Notes under the pieces: generated by a model | What the model saw: only the letters and a program-made list of their open reading frames with translations | What the model was told of the DNA's origin: nothing | The model's database searches: none | Shown: one piece after another, positions 43,889-56,100 of the stretch | Layout: every line of letters starts with the position of its first letter | Numbering within the stretch: position 1 is the first letter of the stretch | DNA from: Takakia lepidozioides | Taxonomy: Eukaryota; Plantae; Bryophyta | DNA length: 64,000 bases | Reading direction: 5' to 3' | Assembly: GCA_030704615.1 (NCBI GenBank) | Contig: CM060731.1 | Span: 23,436,001-23,500,000 of the forward strand | Translations under genes and position numbers: made by a program

Positions 43889-44668
43889 ACCAGTGCCGTT
43901 CATCTCGGAGACGTTTGGTTCTCGAAGACGATTCATCTTCCAGTTATTGGTGCATCTGGTTGTTAGTGTACATGCAGGAAGCATAGATCGTCTTCTTGAG
44001 TGAGAGATAGATAGTCTTTGTAGGAGCTTCTGGGATAGTTGTTTTGATCACATATGTAGAGATAGATCAAGATTAGATGAGGACAATTTACTCAAGATAA
44101 GAGGGAGTTATGTATAGGGTAATGCCCTGAGTGGAGGGCATTACACTGCGTAAGGAAATGGGATGATTTCCTTATCTTTTCATCCTTCCTTTATGCTTTC
44201 TCCCCGCCAGTAGCTTGCCGTGAAAAAAGATCTTTGAGGTAAAGATAAAGAAATATTGCAGGTGTGCATTACACACTCGTGTACTGCACCGGTGCATTAC
44301 ACTCGTGTGTAATGCACTGGTAATCATGGGGCGGGCTCTTACGCTGGATAACGCGCAGAAATTTACAAAGAGAAATCAGCCCTAGTTCTTTACGGCATGA
44401 TTTAGCCATTATAGATTCCTGATGTAATTAATAATTTTTTCAACAGAAACCTGTACAAGCAAACGATATTCGAGGACATTTGGGGGGGACTGTTTGTAAG
44501 TAATATTTAGTGTTCATTTCCTGAGCCACTATGACCATGACGCAGTGCCGTTGGACAACGGGATCAGTAAATCGATAGAAGCCTTAGATCAAGAGATTAT
44601 GTTGGTGCAGTCCTTTCTGAGAAATATTTTCAGCATCAGTCCCTTCGGCGGGATAACAGACTTTGTTC

Positions 44669-47128
44669 TATACTGTTATATTCTCGTTATATTACGAAAG
44701 AAGAAGTTCAGAATCGACAACGTAGGATGCACTCAGGCCAGCCACCATATACTTCATGTCTCATTCACCTTCTCTGTTCTCCAGCTAGTTGTCTTCGATA
44801 TTCTTAGTTTGTCTCATGAGATGTCTCCGCTTTTAGTGTGCTTGCTGATTCAGTTGTGATTTCAAAAAGTTTTAAAGACTTCATCCCATATCTAATGGAT
44901 ACCACATATCTACTTACTAGATACGTTGCTAGGAAATTAGGGTTTCCTACAGCTTTCTTTCTTCCTACACATGCACCATGGATCGGCACCAGCTATAACG
45001 AACAAGCTACTGAGATATCAGATCTGCGATCGAGGGTTTCAGAACAAGTTGCACCAGTTTGTGACTAAGGAACCTTCTGAGAACTCCTAATCTTGAATGA
45101 CATATATGCATGTGTACAGTTGTGCACGCAATTTATGAGTCTTGTCCAACTTCAAGAGGACAAGAATTTGACATGTTTTATAACGTTGGAGAAGTTGCTT
45201 TCGCTGTGCTTTCGTGGCTAGCAGGTCTTCAGCAGACCTGTTTTGTATTTGAGAGATCCAAGCGTTCTATTTGCCTCTATGTATCTCACAAACAAACATT
45301 ATAATCTAGACTCTAATGGAATTGTTCCTTGTGAAGATCAGCTCCTGAGTTTCAACAACTCTAGTGAGACCATGCACCCCGTGGGCTACTGTGCCTACCC
45401 ATCCAAGAAACAGAAAAGAAGGAAAAAATCGGGCCAGCAAACAAATTAGTCATGCATCTTATGGAGCATGTCCTACCCTGAGAATACTGATCAGTGTATC
45501 CATCACTATAGACTAGAGTGCTCAGCACTAGAGGAACAAACATACATGTACACATAGAACACATGAAACCTAATATGAGGAACAAACATACATGTACACG
45601 TTAAAGTGACTTAAGCGTAAGGGAAGGACGATTTTGCTCATCCTTTTATTGCACAGCAACCCTGCCAGGTCCTTCCACCACCCATTGTTCACAAACACAT
45701 CCAAATGGCTCTAGCAAGCTTTCCACTGGAACACTTCGAAGTTGTTGGGTGCACAGCAACGGTCCCGTGAATGAAGTTTGGTCTATGATGACCTCTATAA
45801 TACAAAGTGCAAAAGCTACAACTTTTCACAAATTGAGATCATGTGAGTTGTCCAATAGGAGATGGATTGTGGAAGCCATAACCTAGCCTTGCCTCAATAT
45901 CGCCAGTTGATCCTCATGAGCGAGGTTCCGGCCCAGAAACAGGCTGCACCCATTTCTCCTCCTTCAAGCACTGTCGAGTTCGAACGTCCAGTCCCTTAAC
46001 TTGAGCACTTGTCCAAAAGCGGGAAACAAAACTTTGTAGGTATCCTCCTTCAAGTGGGACTGTACCAGGCCCTCCCACCACCCATCGTTCACAAACACTT
46101 CCACCTGGCTCCAAACTCTCCACTGGAACTTGAAGTCGCACGGCGGGATGGGTCGGATGTCCAAGACGTCCACGTCGTCTTCGAAGAGGGCTGTCGAATT
46201 CTCGCTTTGGATGAGTCTCTCATACTGAACCCTGCACCTGTTCACATCTTTGCGATACAATATCACCTTTGCCTCAAACCATGCTCCCTGAAAGCCGTCT
46301 TCATCCGATCTCACTTCTACCCTCGCACCTTTGGTCAGCTTCATCCCGTTGCAGCAGGTAAGATTCACCTTCAGCTTCAACGGCGTTGTAGTCACATGAA
46401 CGTGACCCCTCTTCATCGTAATCTTCGGCATATCTCGCAACAAGGAAATCACTCACAGGTGCATCAGACGACAAAGACTGAGTGCGGGAGGCAATAATGG
46501 GCAATTGGGCGTTCACAGGATCTCAGTACACGCGGGTACCTTGTAATACAAGTTTCGGACAACGCGTTATCCTCTTTCTGATCTGACAGCTGCCCAGTGA
46601 TGATTGATCCGGATGCGATCGATACATCTGATTGGACGACATTGCTACCTAGCGCAATTCCGGTACCTCGCCTGCATAGCTATTTTTAGCAATGACCCTT
46701 TCTAGTACGATTACCTGGAATAGAATGACAGCAGGATATGCAAAGCTTTGAAGATCTATGTTACTGTGACCTTTTTATGTACACGTTCTATCTGCATACA
46801 TGTAGCCATGGGGGCCTAGTGAGACTCTACTTTGATTCCCTAAAGTCAAGATCATGGCCTATCTCCCATGTGCAGTGGAGCACTTGGGCTACATGGTCGA
46901 GCTTCTTGGCCGTGTGGGGCAATTGGATAAAGTAGAGGATCATCTCATGAACAAAATGCCAATAGAACCAGATCCTGTGGTGTGGATGGCCCTACTTGGT
47001 GCATGCAGAGATCATGGTAATGTGGAACGTGTGGCAAAGTTCTGTCTCAAGTGGGATCCAGATGATGCTGGATCTTATGTGTTGCTGTCAAACATTTACT
47101 TATGCTGCAGTCGGCAGGTGGGATGATA
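44669..47128 (+). repeat. Segmental duplication block A, copy 2
   Basis: Direct, near-identical match to 17700-20067. Confidence 0.95.
45650..46452 (-). pseudogene. Agenet-domain gene, copy 2 (first Agenet pair open, the rest decayed)
   Basis: ORF 45964-46452 KGARVEVRSDEDGFQGAWFEAKVI...IRPIPP...VNDGWWEG; degenerate repeat downstream. Confidence 0.75.
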
Positions 47129-47415
47129 CTGCAAAAGTGAGGAAAAAGACGAATAGGTGTCAGAAAGGAGCCAGGTCGCTGCCGCATTGAGGTTGGCAAC
47201 CGGGTGCACACCCTCGTGGTAGATGACAAATTGCATCTGGACACAAATGGAGGAAATTCATGCTGAGCTGACAAGATTGTCTCAGTTGATGTGTGCGTTC
47301 CTTACCCAGGCTGTTGTTGCATGATGTGGAGGAGGAGCAAAAGGAAATTTCAGTTTGCCAGGTGCCACAGTGAGATGCTGGACATTGCTTTTGGGCTGAT
47401 TAGCACCGCCCCTGA
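46730..47415 (+). pseudogene. PPR L2-S2-E1-E2-partial DYW fragment
   Basis: CSHGGLV, VEHLGYMVELLGRVG, PDPVVWMALLGACR, YVLLSNI, RKEPGRCRIEVGNRVH and CHSEMLDIAFGLISTAP, with frameshifts. Confidence 0.85.
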
Positions 47416-47953
47416 CAAACTGTGCTGCGAATTGTGTAGTTTTTCACAAGCAACCGTTTCAAGCTCCAGTCAGGAAGGGGAAAAAAAAAACTGTACCGAC
47501 CGAACGTGACGAAGGGCGCGCGTTAACTCTCCCGTGGCCAGTTTTTGTACCCACCATGATATGGAGATTAAGAGTTCCCAAGTTACTACAAACTAACTTA
47601 GAAAGCTTCCACTTTACGTCCTGGACTGTGTGACTGATGTTACTATAAAGAGGTTATTTTGAGTGCATGTCTCCACCAGTTGCCGCTCATTTGTCTTTGA
47701 TAGTGTCTTTGATTAGAAACGTGTGAAACTCCCCAACGTATATATTTTGGGGAAGGAACTGGAACAGGCATCTCTCAAAGAAACTCCTAAGATAGCTCCT
47801 CTCTCCTGAACCTTGTTAGAAATTGATTTCAAGACCACCTGTGTCAAGAAACATTTCACTTGACAAGTCACAGATAAGCACTAGCAAGTCAGCCTAAATT
47901 TGGCCTACATTAGAGTTTCTCAAGGTAATATCACACTTGGATTATCAACTAAC

Positions 47954-50900
47954 TGTTGAATCTCTAGTGCAACCAGCTAGTTATTGTTTACTTAGTCAGT
48001 CCTCAGTCATTTACTGAATTTAGTGTATCTACACGGTTCTCGCCACCGTCACCGCCGCCGTCTTGATAGGAAGATTAGTCTCTTCGGTTGGTAGATAGAA
48101 TGCATTTAATTAGGCCTCTCTCTTTGATTAGATAAATAGTGCTCTCTCCTTCGAATTCTTCATTCTAGCCATACTGTCCTCAAGCTCTAGTTTCACAGCC
48201 AGTTCTTCATGGTATCAAAGCTCCAAGAGGCGAGTGAATCATAGTTAGTCAAGGGTCTAGAGGTCACTAGGAAGAACCTCTGTTGTGAGCACTGCTCCAC
48301 CATATGAGAGAGTGTTTTTTTTTTTTTTCTTATGAAGTATTGTAGCTGTGAGCACTGCTCCAGTAGTGGTTATTAGTTTGTTTAGTTTGTTTCTTTGTCT
48401 TTACGTGTACGCAATCGCTCAACATTGCTGAAGGTTCAGGACTTGTCATCCCTCACCAAGACAAGTTTGTAGGGAAGGCAAACTATTCAGTCTGGAAGTT
48501 CAAGGTAAGAAATTACCTTTTGAGAGAAGATATTCAAGGTCATATTGAGAGGAACCTGCAGACTCCAGCTGAAGGTCAGAACAGGGATGAGTTTAGAAAG
48601 AAGAAGCTTAGAGCTCTTACTATCATCAATCTGTCTCTTTCTAATAAGGTCATCCATTATGTCTCCCACTTGACTGAACCAAAGGCAGTTTGGGATGTTC
48701 TTGCTAAGATGTACGATGACAAGTCATCATCTAGGCAGATGGCAGTAAGGAACAAACTTCAGAGCATTAAAATGACTGAAGGTACTTCAATGGAAGAGTT
48801 CCTTCAAACCGTCACTAGTCTGGTAGCCCAACTCTCTAGCTTTGGCAAAGAGATCGAGGAGCACATTGTGGTGGAGACCATTATGAATGCACTGCCTGAT
48901 TCATACCTTGCTTATGGAGATTCCATCATGGCTCAGAGGGAGCTCCCAGATGTTGCAGAACAGACCTCAAAGTTGCTACATGAGGAAAGTCGAAGGGAGC
49001 TAAGAGGACTTAAAGTGAGCCGGGATGAGGCCCTGTGGGTGAAGTTTAAGCGCTTCAATAATGCCTACGGACAAGGAGAAAGAAACAACGGAGGAGGACG
49101 ATTCCATCCTCAGAGATCGGTGACTTCTACATGTAACAGGTGTGGCAGAGATGGTCACTTGGCTAAGAATTGTCCAGTACCCTATGAGGAGATCCTTAGG
49201 GCTCGGAACCAACAGACGAAGATGGTCGAGGATGCACATGAGGATTTTGACGAAGATAATTGTGTTGGAGCTGCCGAAATGCTTGAAGCAGCAATGGCTG
49301 CACTCAATACCAACGACGATCTCTCTCAGGGAGAAAAGCAGGCTTCATGGATCGTTGATTCAGGAGCTAATAAGCAGGTAACTGGAAATTCAGGAATTCT
49401 CCACAACATAGAAACCGGTAGCGTTACCTCCAATGTTCGATCTGCCGGTGGCACCTATCATTCTGTGAAGGGGAAGGTCATACCAATGTATTGCAAAATG
49501 GTGAAATAAAACGCATTAGTGATGTTTTGTACGTCCCCGGTATGACAAGGAATTTGTTGTCTGTCGGGGCTGTCGGTGCTTTAGCTAACAAAGGCCATCT
49601 TGGTATCTTTGGTGCACGTCAATGTTTGTTCGTAGAAAAAGACCAGCCTCACATAATTGTCTTGCAAGGAAAACGCATCAAGTCTATGGGCATGTATAAC
49701 CTAGATTCTAGTGAGTCTCCTTTAGAAATTAATAGTGTAGAATCTGATGAGAGTGCTAGATTCTGGCATAGACGACTTGGTCATCTTAACTATCATAGCC
49801 TTCATTTTCTTGGTAATAGTAATAAGGTTTTGGGAATGCCTAGACTTCCTCTCCTTTCATAAGTCTGCAAACCGTGTCTACTAGGAAAACAACACGGAGA
49901 GAGGTTTCCTCGCACCAGTGAACATAGAGCTAAAAAGATACTTGAATTAGTGCATACCGATCTGTGTGGACCCCTCCCTGTCGCATCTTTGTATGGTTCT
50001 AGGTACTTTATGGCCATTGCAGATGATTATAGCAGGTTCACATGGGTGTATTTTCTCAAGGAGAAAGTCAAGCCTTCAGTTATTTCAAAGATTTCAAGAT
50101 CATGATAGAAAAAGCGACTGGTAAATTCATAAGTTGCCTACGGACAGTTAGGGGTGGTGAGTTCATGTCCATTGAATTCACCAAATTTTGCAAGAAGGAA
50201 GGGATTCAGCGACAGCTCACCCAATCCTACACGCCACAACAAAATGGAATCTCGGAGCGGAACAACAGAACATTGCTGGAGCATGCTCGAAGTCTCCTAC
50301 TGGAGAATTCTCTTCCAAAGTACCTCTGGACTGAGGTAGTCAATTCTGCAGTTTATCTCCTGAATCGATCTCCTACCCGTGTTAACTCTGGCACTACTCC
50401 CTATCAACGATTATGAAACCAGATATTTCCCATGTAAGAGTGTTTGGGAGTAAATCGTTTGTCCACGTTGATAAACATCAAAGGGATAAGCTCGATTCAA
50501 AGTCCATTGAATGTGTTTTGGTGGGATATGATACTGTCATGAAGGGGTACCGTTTGTTTAATCCAACCACCAACAAAATCCTTATCAGCTGGGATGTTCA
50601 ATTTATTGAAGTTGACGATTCTTCTCTAGAAGAAATTCTTCCCAAACTGGCCTCCGACGATCCAACAGTTACGAGCACGAACCTGCCCACAATATTCCAT
50701 CATCCACTTGTAGATTCAGAGGAGGCTCCACAACTGCCTACATCTCCGTCTGCCATCGACTTGCATGTTGATATTCCTATCCATACACCAGATGTTGAGC
50801 AGGCACCTCAAACTGGCAGTTCCCTAATATTACGTGGAGAGGAGGCATGTGCTCCTACTCTTGGACCGGTACGATCGGGTCGAGAACAGAGAAGGCCAGC

Positions 50901-52791
50901 TCATCTGCAAGATTATGTCAATGTGGCGGAGACAACGATGCTTGAGCCCACTAATTATGCTGAAGCAGCTTCAATTCCTGGCTGGCAGACTGCCATGGAC
51001 CAAGAGATGGCCTCCATTGAAAAGAACCACAAATGGGAATTGGTGGATCTCCCCCCTGGAAAGCGTCCAATCACATCTAAGTGGGTGTACAAAGTGAAGA
51101 GGAAAGCAGATGGCTCCGTGGGTAAACTCAAAGCTCGACTTGTCGCTCATGGATTTGAGCAAACAGAGGTCTTGATTTTGATGAGACCTTTGCACCGGTG
51201 GTCAAGTGGGGCACTCTTCAATTCTTGCTCTTGCTGCTCATGAAGGTTGGCCTGTCTTTCACATGGATGTGAAGACCGCCTTCCTAAATGGCGATCTTCA
51301 AGAAGAGGTGTTTATGGAGCCGCCCCCAGGCTATGTTGCTATCGGATTTGAAATTAAAGTATGTAGATTATTTAAAGCTCTTTATGGGCTTAAGCAAGCT
51401 CCACGAGCTTGGTACTCAAAAATCGACACATATCTCAAGTCTCAGGGTATGCTAAAGAGTAATGCCGATTACAACTTGTACTATTTGAAGATTGATGGCA
51501 AAATGGTCATTCTTGTCCTCTATGTTGACGATCTCTTGCTTACTGGAAATCATGGGGAGAAAATTGCATGGATCCGAGAATAACTCTTGAAGGAGTATGA
51601 AATAACTGATCTGGGTGTGGCGGCCTTGTACCTAGGAGCGGAGCTAGCTCACACTCATGCAGGAATTTTCATGTGTCAACGCCAGTATGCAACCAAAATG
51701 CTTGAGGAATTCGGCATGATGGATTGTAATCCACACAGTGTTCCTATGATTGAGGGGCTTAGATTGCTTCTGACATGGATGCGCCTAAGGTGGAACCAGC
51801 CCTCTACCGAAGAATGGTCGGGAAACTAATATACTACACGAACACCCGACCTGATTTGGTCTTCTCAGTTAGCACGGTGAGCAGATTTATGTCAGAGCCT
51901 CAAGAACCTCATCTGGAGGCGGTGAAGCACATTTTCAGGTACATTCGAGGAACTCTGCACTACGGCATGCTGTACCGCACAGGCTCGAGCAATGAATTGA
52001 ATGGCTATGCGGATGCTGACTAGGCCGGTGACCACAACCAACGCCATTCCATTAGTGGATATGTCTTTCTCATTGGAGACAACGCCATAACTTGGTGCTC
52101 CAAGAAACAATCTAGGGTGGCACTATCATCTATGGAGGCAGAATACCGGGCTCTTACTGAAGCTGCCAAGGAGGCAACTTGGCTGAGGAGACTCTTGGAA
52201 GAAATCGGAATCTTGGGAGGAGGATCGACCGCTCTCCTATGCGATAACCAGAGTAGCGCCAAAATTGCCAAAAACCCTATATTCCATGCAATGACTAAAC
52301 ATATTGAAGTGCACCACCACTTCATAAGCGAGACGGTTGAAAGCAAGGAGATTGGTCTGATTCATGTGCCAACTTGCGAACAAGTTGCTGATATTTTGAC
52401 AAAGGCATTGGGACGGTAAAATTGGAGAAGTTCAGAGAGAATCTTGGAATGTCTAGTCTTTGACATCTTGAAAGCAAGCTATCTGAGGACTTGGGGTGAG
52501 GACTTGGGGCAATGTTGAATCTCTAGTGCAACCAGCTAGTTATTGTTTACTTAGTCAGTCCTCAGTCATTTACTGAATTTAGTGTAGCATGAAATCAGCT
52601 GAATGTAGATAGTTATTCCACCGTTCTCACCACCGCCACTGCCTTGATAGGAAGGTTAGTCTCTTCGGTTGGTACATACAATGCATTCAATTAGGCCTCT
52701 CTCTTTGATTAGATAAATAGTGCTCTCTCCTTCTGATTCTTCATTCCTAGCCATACTGTCCTCAAGCTCTAGTTTCACAGCCAGTTCTTCA
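47954..52791 (+). mobile_element. Full-length, decayed Ty1/Copia LTR retrotransposon
   Basis: LTRs 47954-48209 and 52513-52791 (TG..CA); TSD CTAAC; PBS TGGTATCAAAGC (tRNA-Met). gag zinc knuckle CNRCGRDGHLAKNC, protease IVDSGA, integrase WHRRLGH and YTPQQNG, RT MDVKTAFLNG and YVDD, RNase H EAEY and ADILTK. Multiple stops and frameshifts. Confidence 0.96.
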
Positions 52792-53101
52792 CTAACTAAC
52801 CTCAGCTAGTTTGCGAATTGTAGAACGCATTTTATGTATTCAGTAGATATAATGATGCTTTATTCAATGTGACAGCCAATTTCGGGAGTGCAAAAGAATA
52901 ACCTTGCATTACCGGAAGATACTCTGTGTGCTCTAAATCTTCAAGAGGCAAACCACGTCACTATTGTACACTGGTACATTGGGAAGGACTTGACAACCCC
53001 TCGCCTCTGAGTTGTCAATCCAAAACCAACTGAAGGTCAAAACTTCTGCTGAATTACTCCCTTTGAAAGAATGATATAAATAACACTAGTGTGAGGGGCA
53101 G

Positions 53102-56100
53102 CTAAACTTGAAACTGCCCAAACAAACTTTGAAAACTCCTGAGAGACTCATCACCATCTTGTTGCAACCATCCACTCTCACTCTCATTTGGAAGAACTGA
53201 GCCCCCAGTGGAGATGGACGTGGTGGCACTTGATGCTGAATCCATCTTCACCATGGGTGCCATTTCATGCACCAATTCCAGAGCCTCCGATAATCTTGAA
53301 AGGAGATTCAACAACGCAATAACTTCATTCCGCTGCAAATCGAGCTGTACATCTCAACAAACCACGTGAACAAAAGTATTCTCAAAACAAGATCAAAATC
53401 GTGACATAAAGTAAAAAACAATCACCCACTGGACTCCCATATTGCATCATATCCACAGCCATTTCTCACTATGGTTTCAACTCATCAAATTCATGTGGGC
53501 TACAGATGCTTACCGGGTGCCTAGAGAAGTCATGGCCTTCAACGGAGAAGAGGATTTTAAGAGCAGTTCCAAGACCCAGTATTTGAAGTTTACCCCAAAG
53601 GCGACACTTCTCGCAACCAATGCAATCCATCAATGCACTGTTAACACCAGCCAGTAGGTCCCATGTTAGCAGTTTCACATGCACGAAACACCCCTCAGCG
53701 TAGCACCTGCTTTGTAGCTACTTGCACATAATATGATGTCTAATGGGCAAGCATTTCCCTTATATGGAAGAGCTCCATTCAATCATGTCTTCAACAAAGA
53801 ATCCATGACCTGTCATATGGCAAACCGGCAGAGAAAGTTTGTACCTAATATTCCGGAAATGTTGTTGAATTTCATGTTTTAGTTCAACCCCATCTGCACC
53901 ACGCCACAGTTGTGCTTCATCAAATGGCAGGGGGCAAGCAGTCCGCAGGCGCTGACTGGTGACCAATTGCGTCACAAGCACCTGTGTTTCCTGGTCCTCT
54001 GCAACGTTGCCAGTGCTATACTCTGCTTGTGCCAGATAGGCTTCAGCCTGCTCCACTCATTACACAATCAAACCTACTTCAGCCAAGCTCTCAAAAAGCC
54101 ATTGACGATATAAACCCCCTTGCCTACTGATTGTGCTCATGTAAAGTAATTCAGCCCACACATTTGACATGAAGATCATTTGAAATATCCTCTGTAGGTG
54201 GCAACCAGAATGACCATGCTGTGAGCTTAATCAACTTTCAGGCTGCAAAAGGAGGATAATTTCATCCAGGGCCATCAGCCATGGGAAACGAATTTGACTT
54301 ATCATGGAACTTCGCATCTACTGCTGGAGTTTCCTTCTAACTGTGAAGACCTTAGCTGCCAGTAGGCTACAACAACATGCCCAGTTCCCTTGGGAGTTGA
54401 TTTGACCTAAATGCCATTCTTTATGCTCCAATCAAGCACCAGGGGGATATTACTCTAGTTAATTGTCATCATCATTCCCCCATTCCCAAAACTAGTCATA
54501 GTCAATTGTGACTTTCCCTTTTAACTGAGAAGAAGAGGATTGCAACTTGATACCTTAAAGAAGACTGTCAACATCATCTTTGCATTACACTGAGAATTTC
54601 ATCTGTGCTACAGATTTGGAATATGCAACACCCATACTGCATAAGCAAAGAGAAGATGGGTACAAAATCTTGCCTTGGTTACAGCTCGCAACACAAAAAG
54701 AAATGTGAAGTAAAGATTCTGGACACGCTCGGGATACTTCAGCACACGCTCATAGAAGAGTGCTGGATTCTTTCCCCACTGACAACTCAATCCCACTTCC
54801 CCTTCATAAGAACCAGACTTTCCCCAATCAAAGTGCATCAATGGACTCTAACGCTAGCAGAGCAGTAAGCACCACCAAGCATAGTTAAAGAAGCTAATAA
54901 AGACATGCAGTACTATGAAGTGTTCCTAGGAAGTGTAGAAATAACTCCAATTATATATGTTGGCGGCTAGTTCTCCACTCTCTACCCTTCACTCCTCACT
55001 CCCATCTTGTATACCTACCTTTGGTAACGTCATAGGGTACGTGAAAGTTGGAACTACTGGCAACGACAAAATACACCCTGGAGCAAGCAAAGATCTACCC
55101 TAATACATCTAATGATTCGTTTAAACTCATGACAAGGCTGCAGCCTTCTAGGCTAGAACAAGCTCTATATGAAATTTCACACAACACAAACACAAGAACT
55201 GAATGTCATACAAGTTGATGGAAGTAGACACTATACACAAACATCCAAACGCAGAATTTCTGACCTGATCTTTGGCCTGATCGAGTAGATAATCTGCAGC
55301 AATGTGGGTGGTAATGGATGTATGTAGGCCTGATATAAGCTTGTAAAACACCCGTCTCTCTGCACACGTGTCTCTCTCCCCATCTGAAACCATTGGTCAA
55401 AAATTAGTAGCGCTGTTAATGCATCCCCAATACTGGCCTGGAAGTGTGTTTGTTCAGTCACCAAAAGTTGGCGATGGCCGCCACAAAAGTACCTCCATAA
55501 GGTAAAATGGTTCATATTTAGTTTACCTACCCAGTAGAATCAGAGCATAAATAAGCAACAATTTAAAAAGCCAGAAAGCATGAGGGGTAGACGGAGTGCA
55601 GAATAAAGGCAAGAATGGAAAACCAATCAGGAAGCAGAAGGCTAATGGTATCTAGTAATGGTAGTTTTAAAATTTGCTTCTGATGAACCCGTGTAAAGTA
55701 CTGTAAATGCTTAGTTAACCCTGCTCTGAGTAGCGTCTAAAGTAGCCGTTAGAAAGACCTCAAGCTGTTATTTAGCTGTTTGCCTTGTTTGATCCATGCA
55801 CAACTTTCAGTGAGAACACCCATATGGCTACACATAAGATTCTTAGCTGCAATGTCAGCCTTACAGCTAACTTCTGTATATGTGAATCAGCTAACCAAAT
55901 GGGTTCGCCACACCAATATAGCACAGTTTCACAATTTGCAGGGTCTGAGCTCATTCATAACGAGCACTGAATGTCATTTATTTGTCAGATAAAAATTTTA
56001 GAGCTCCAAAGTGTCGAATTGTAACCTGTGAAGCAATTCTCCTTGTATATGGCTTCCCATATTCTGCGAGGGGAAGGTCCTGTGTAGCCCGTGTACCTCT

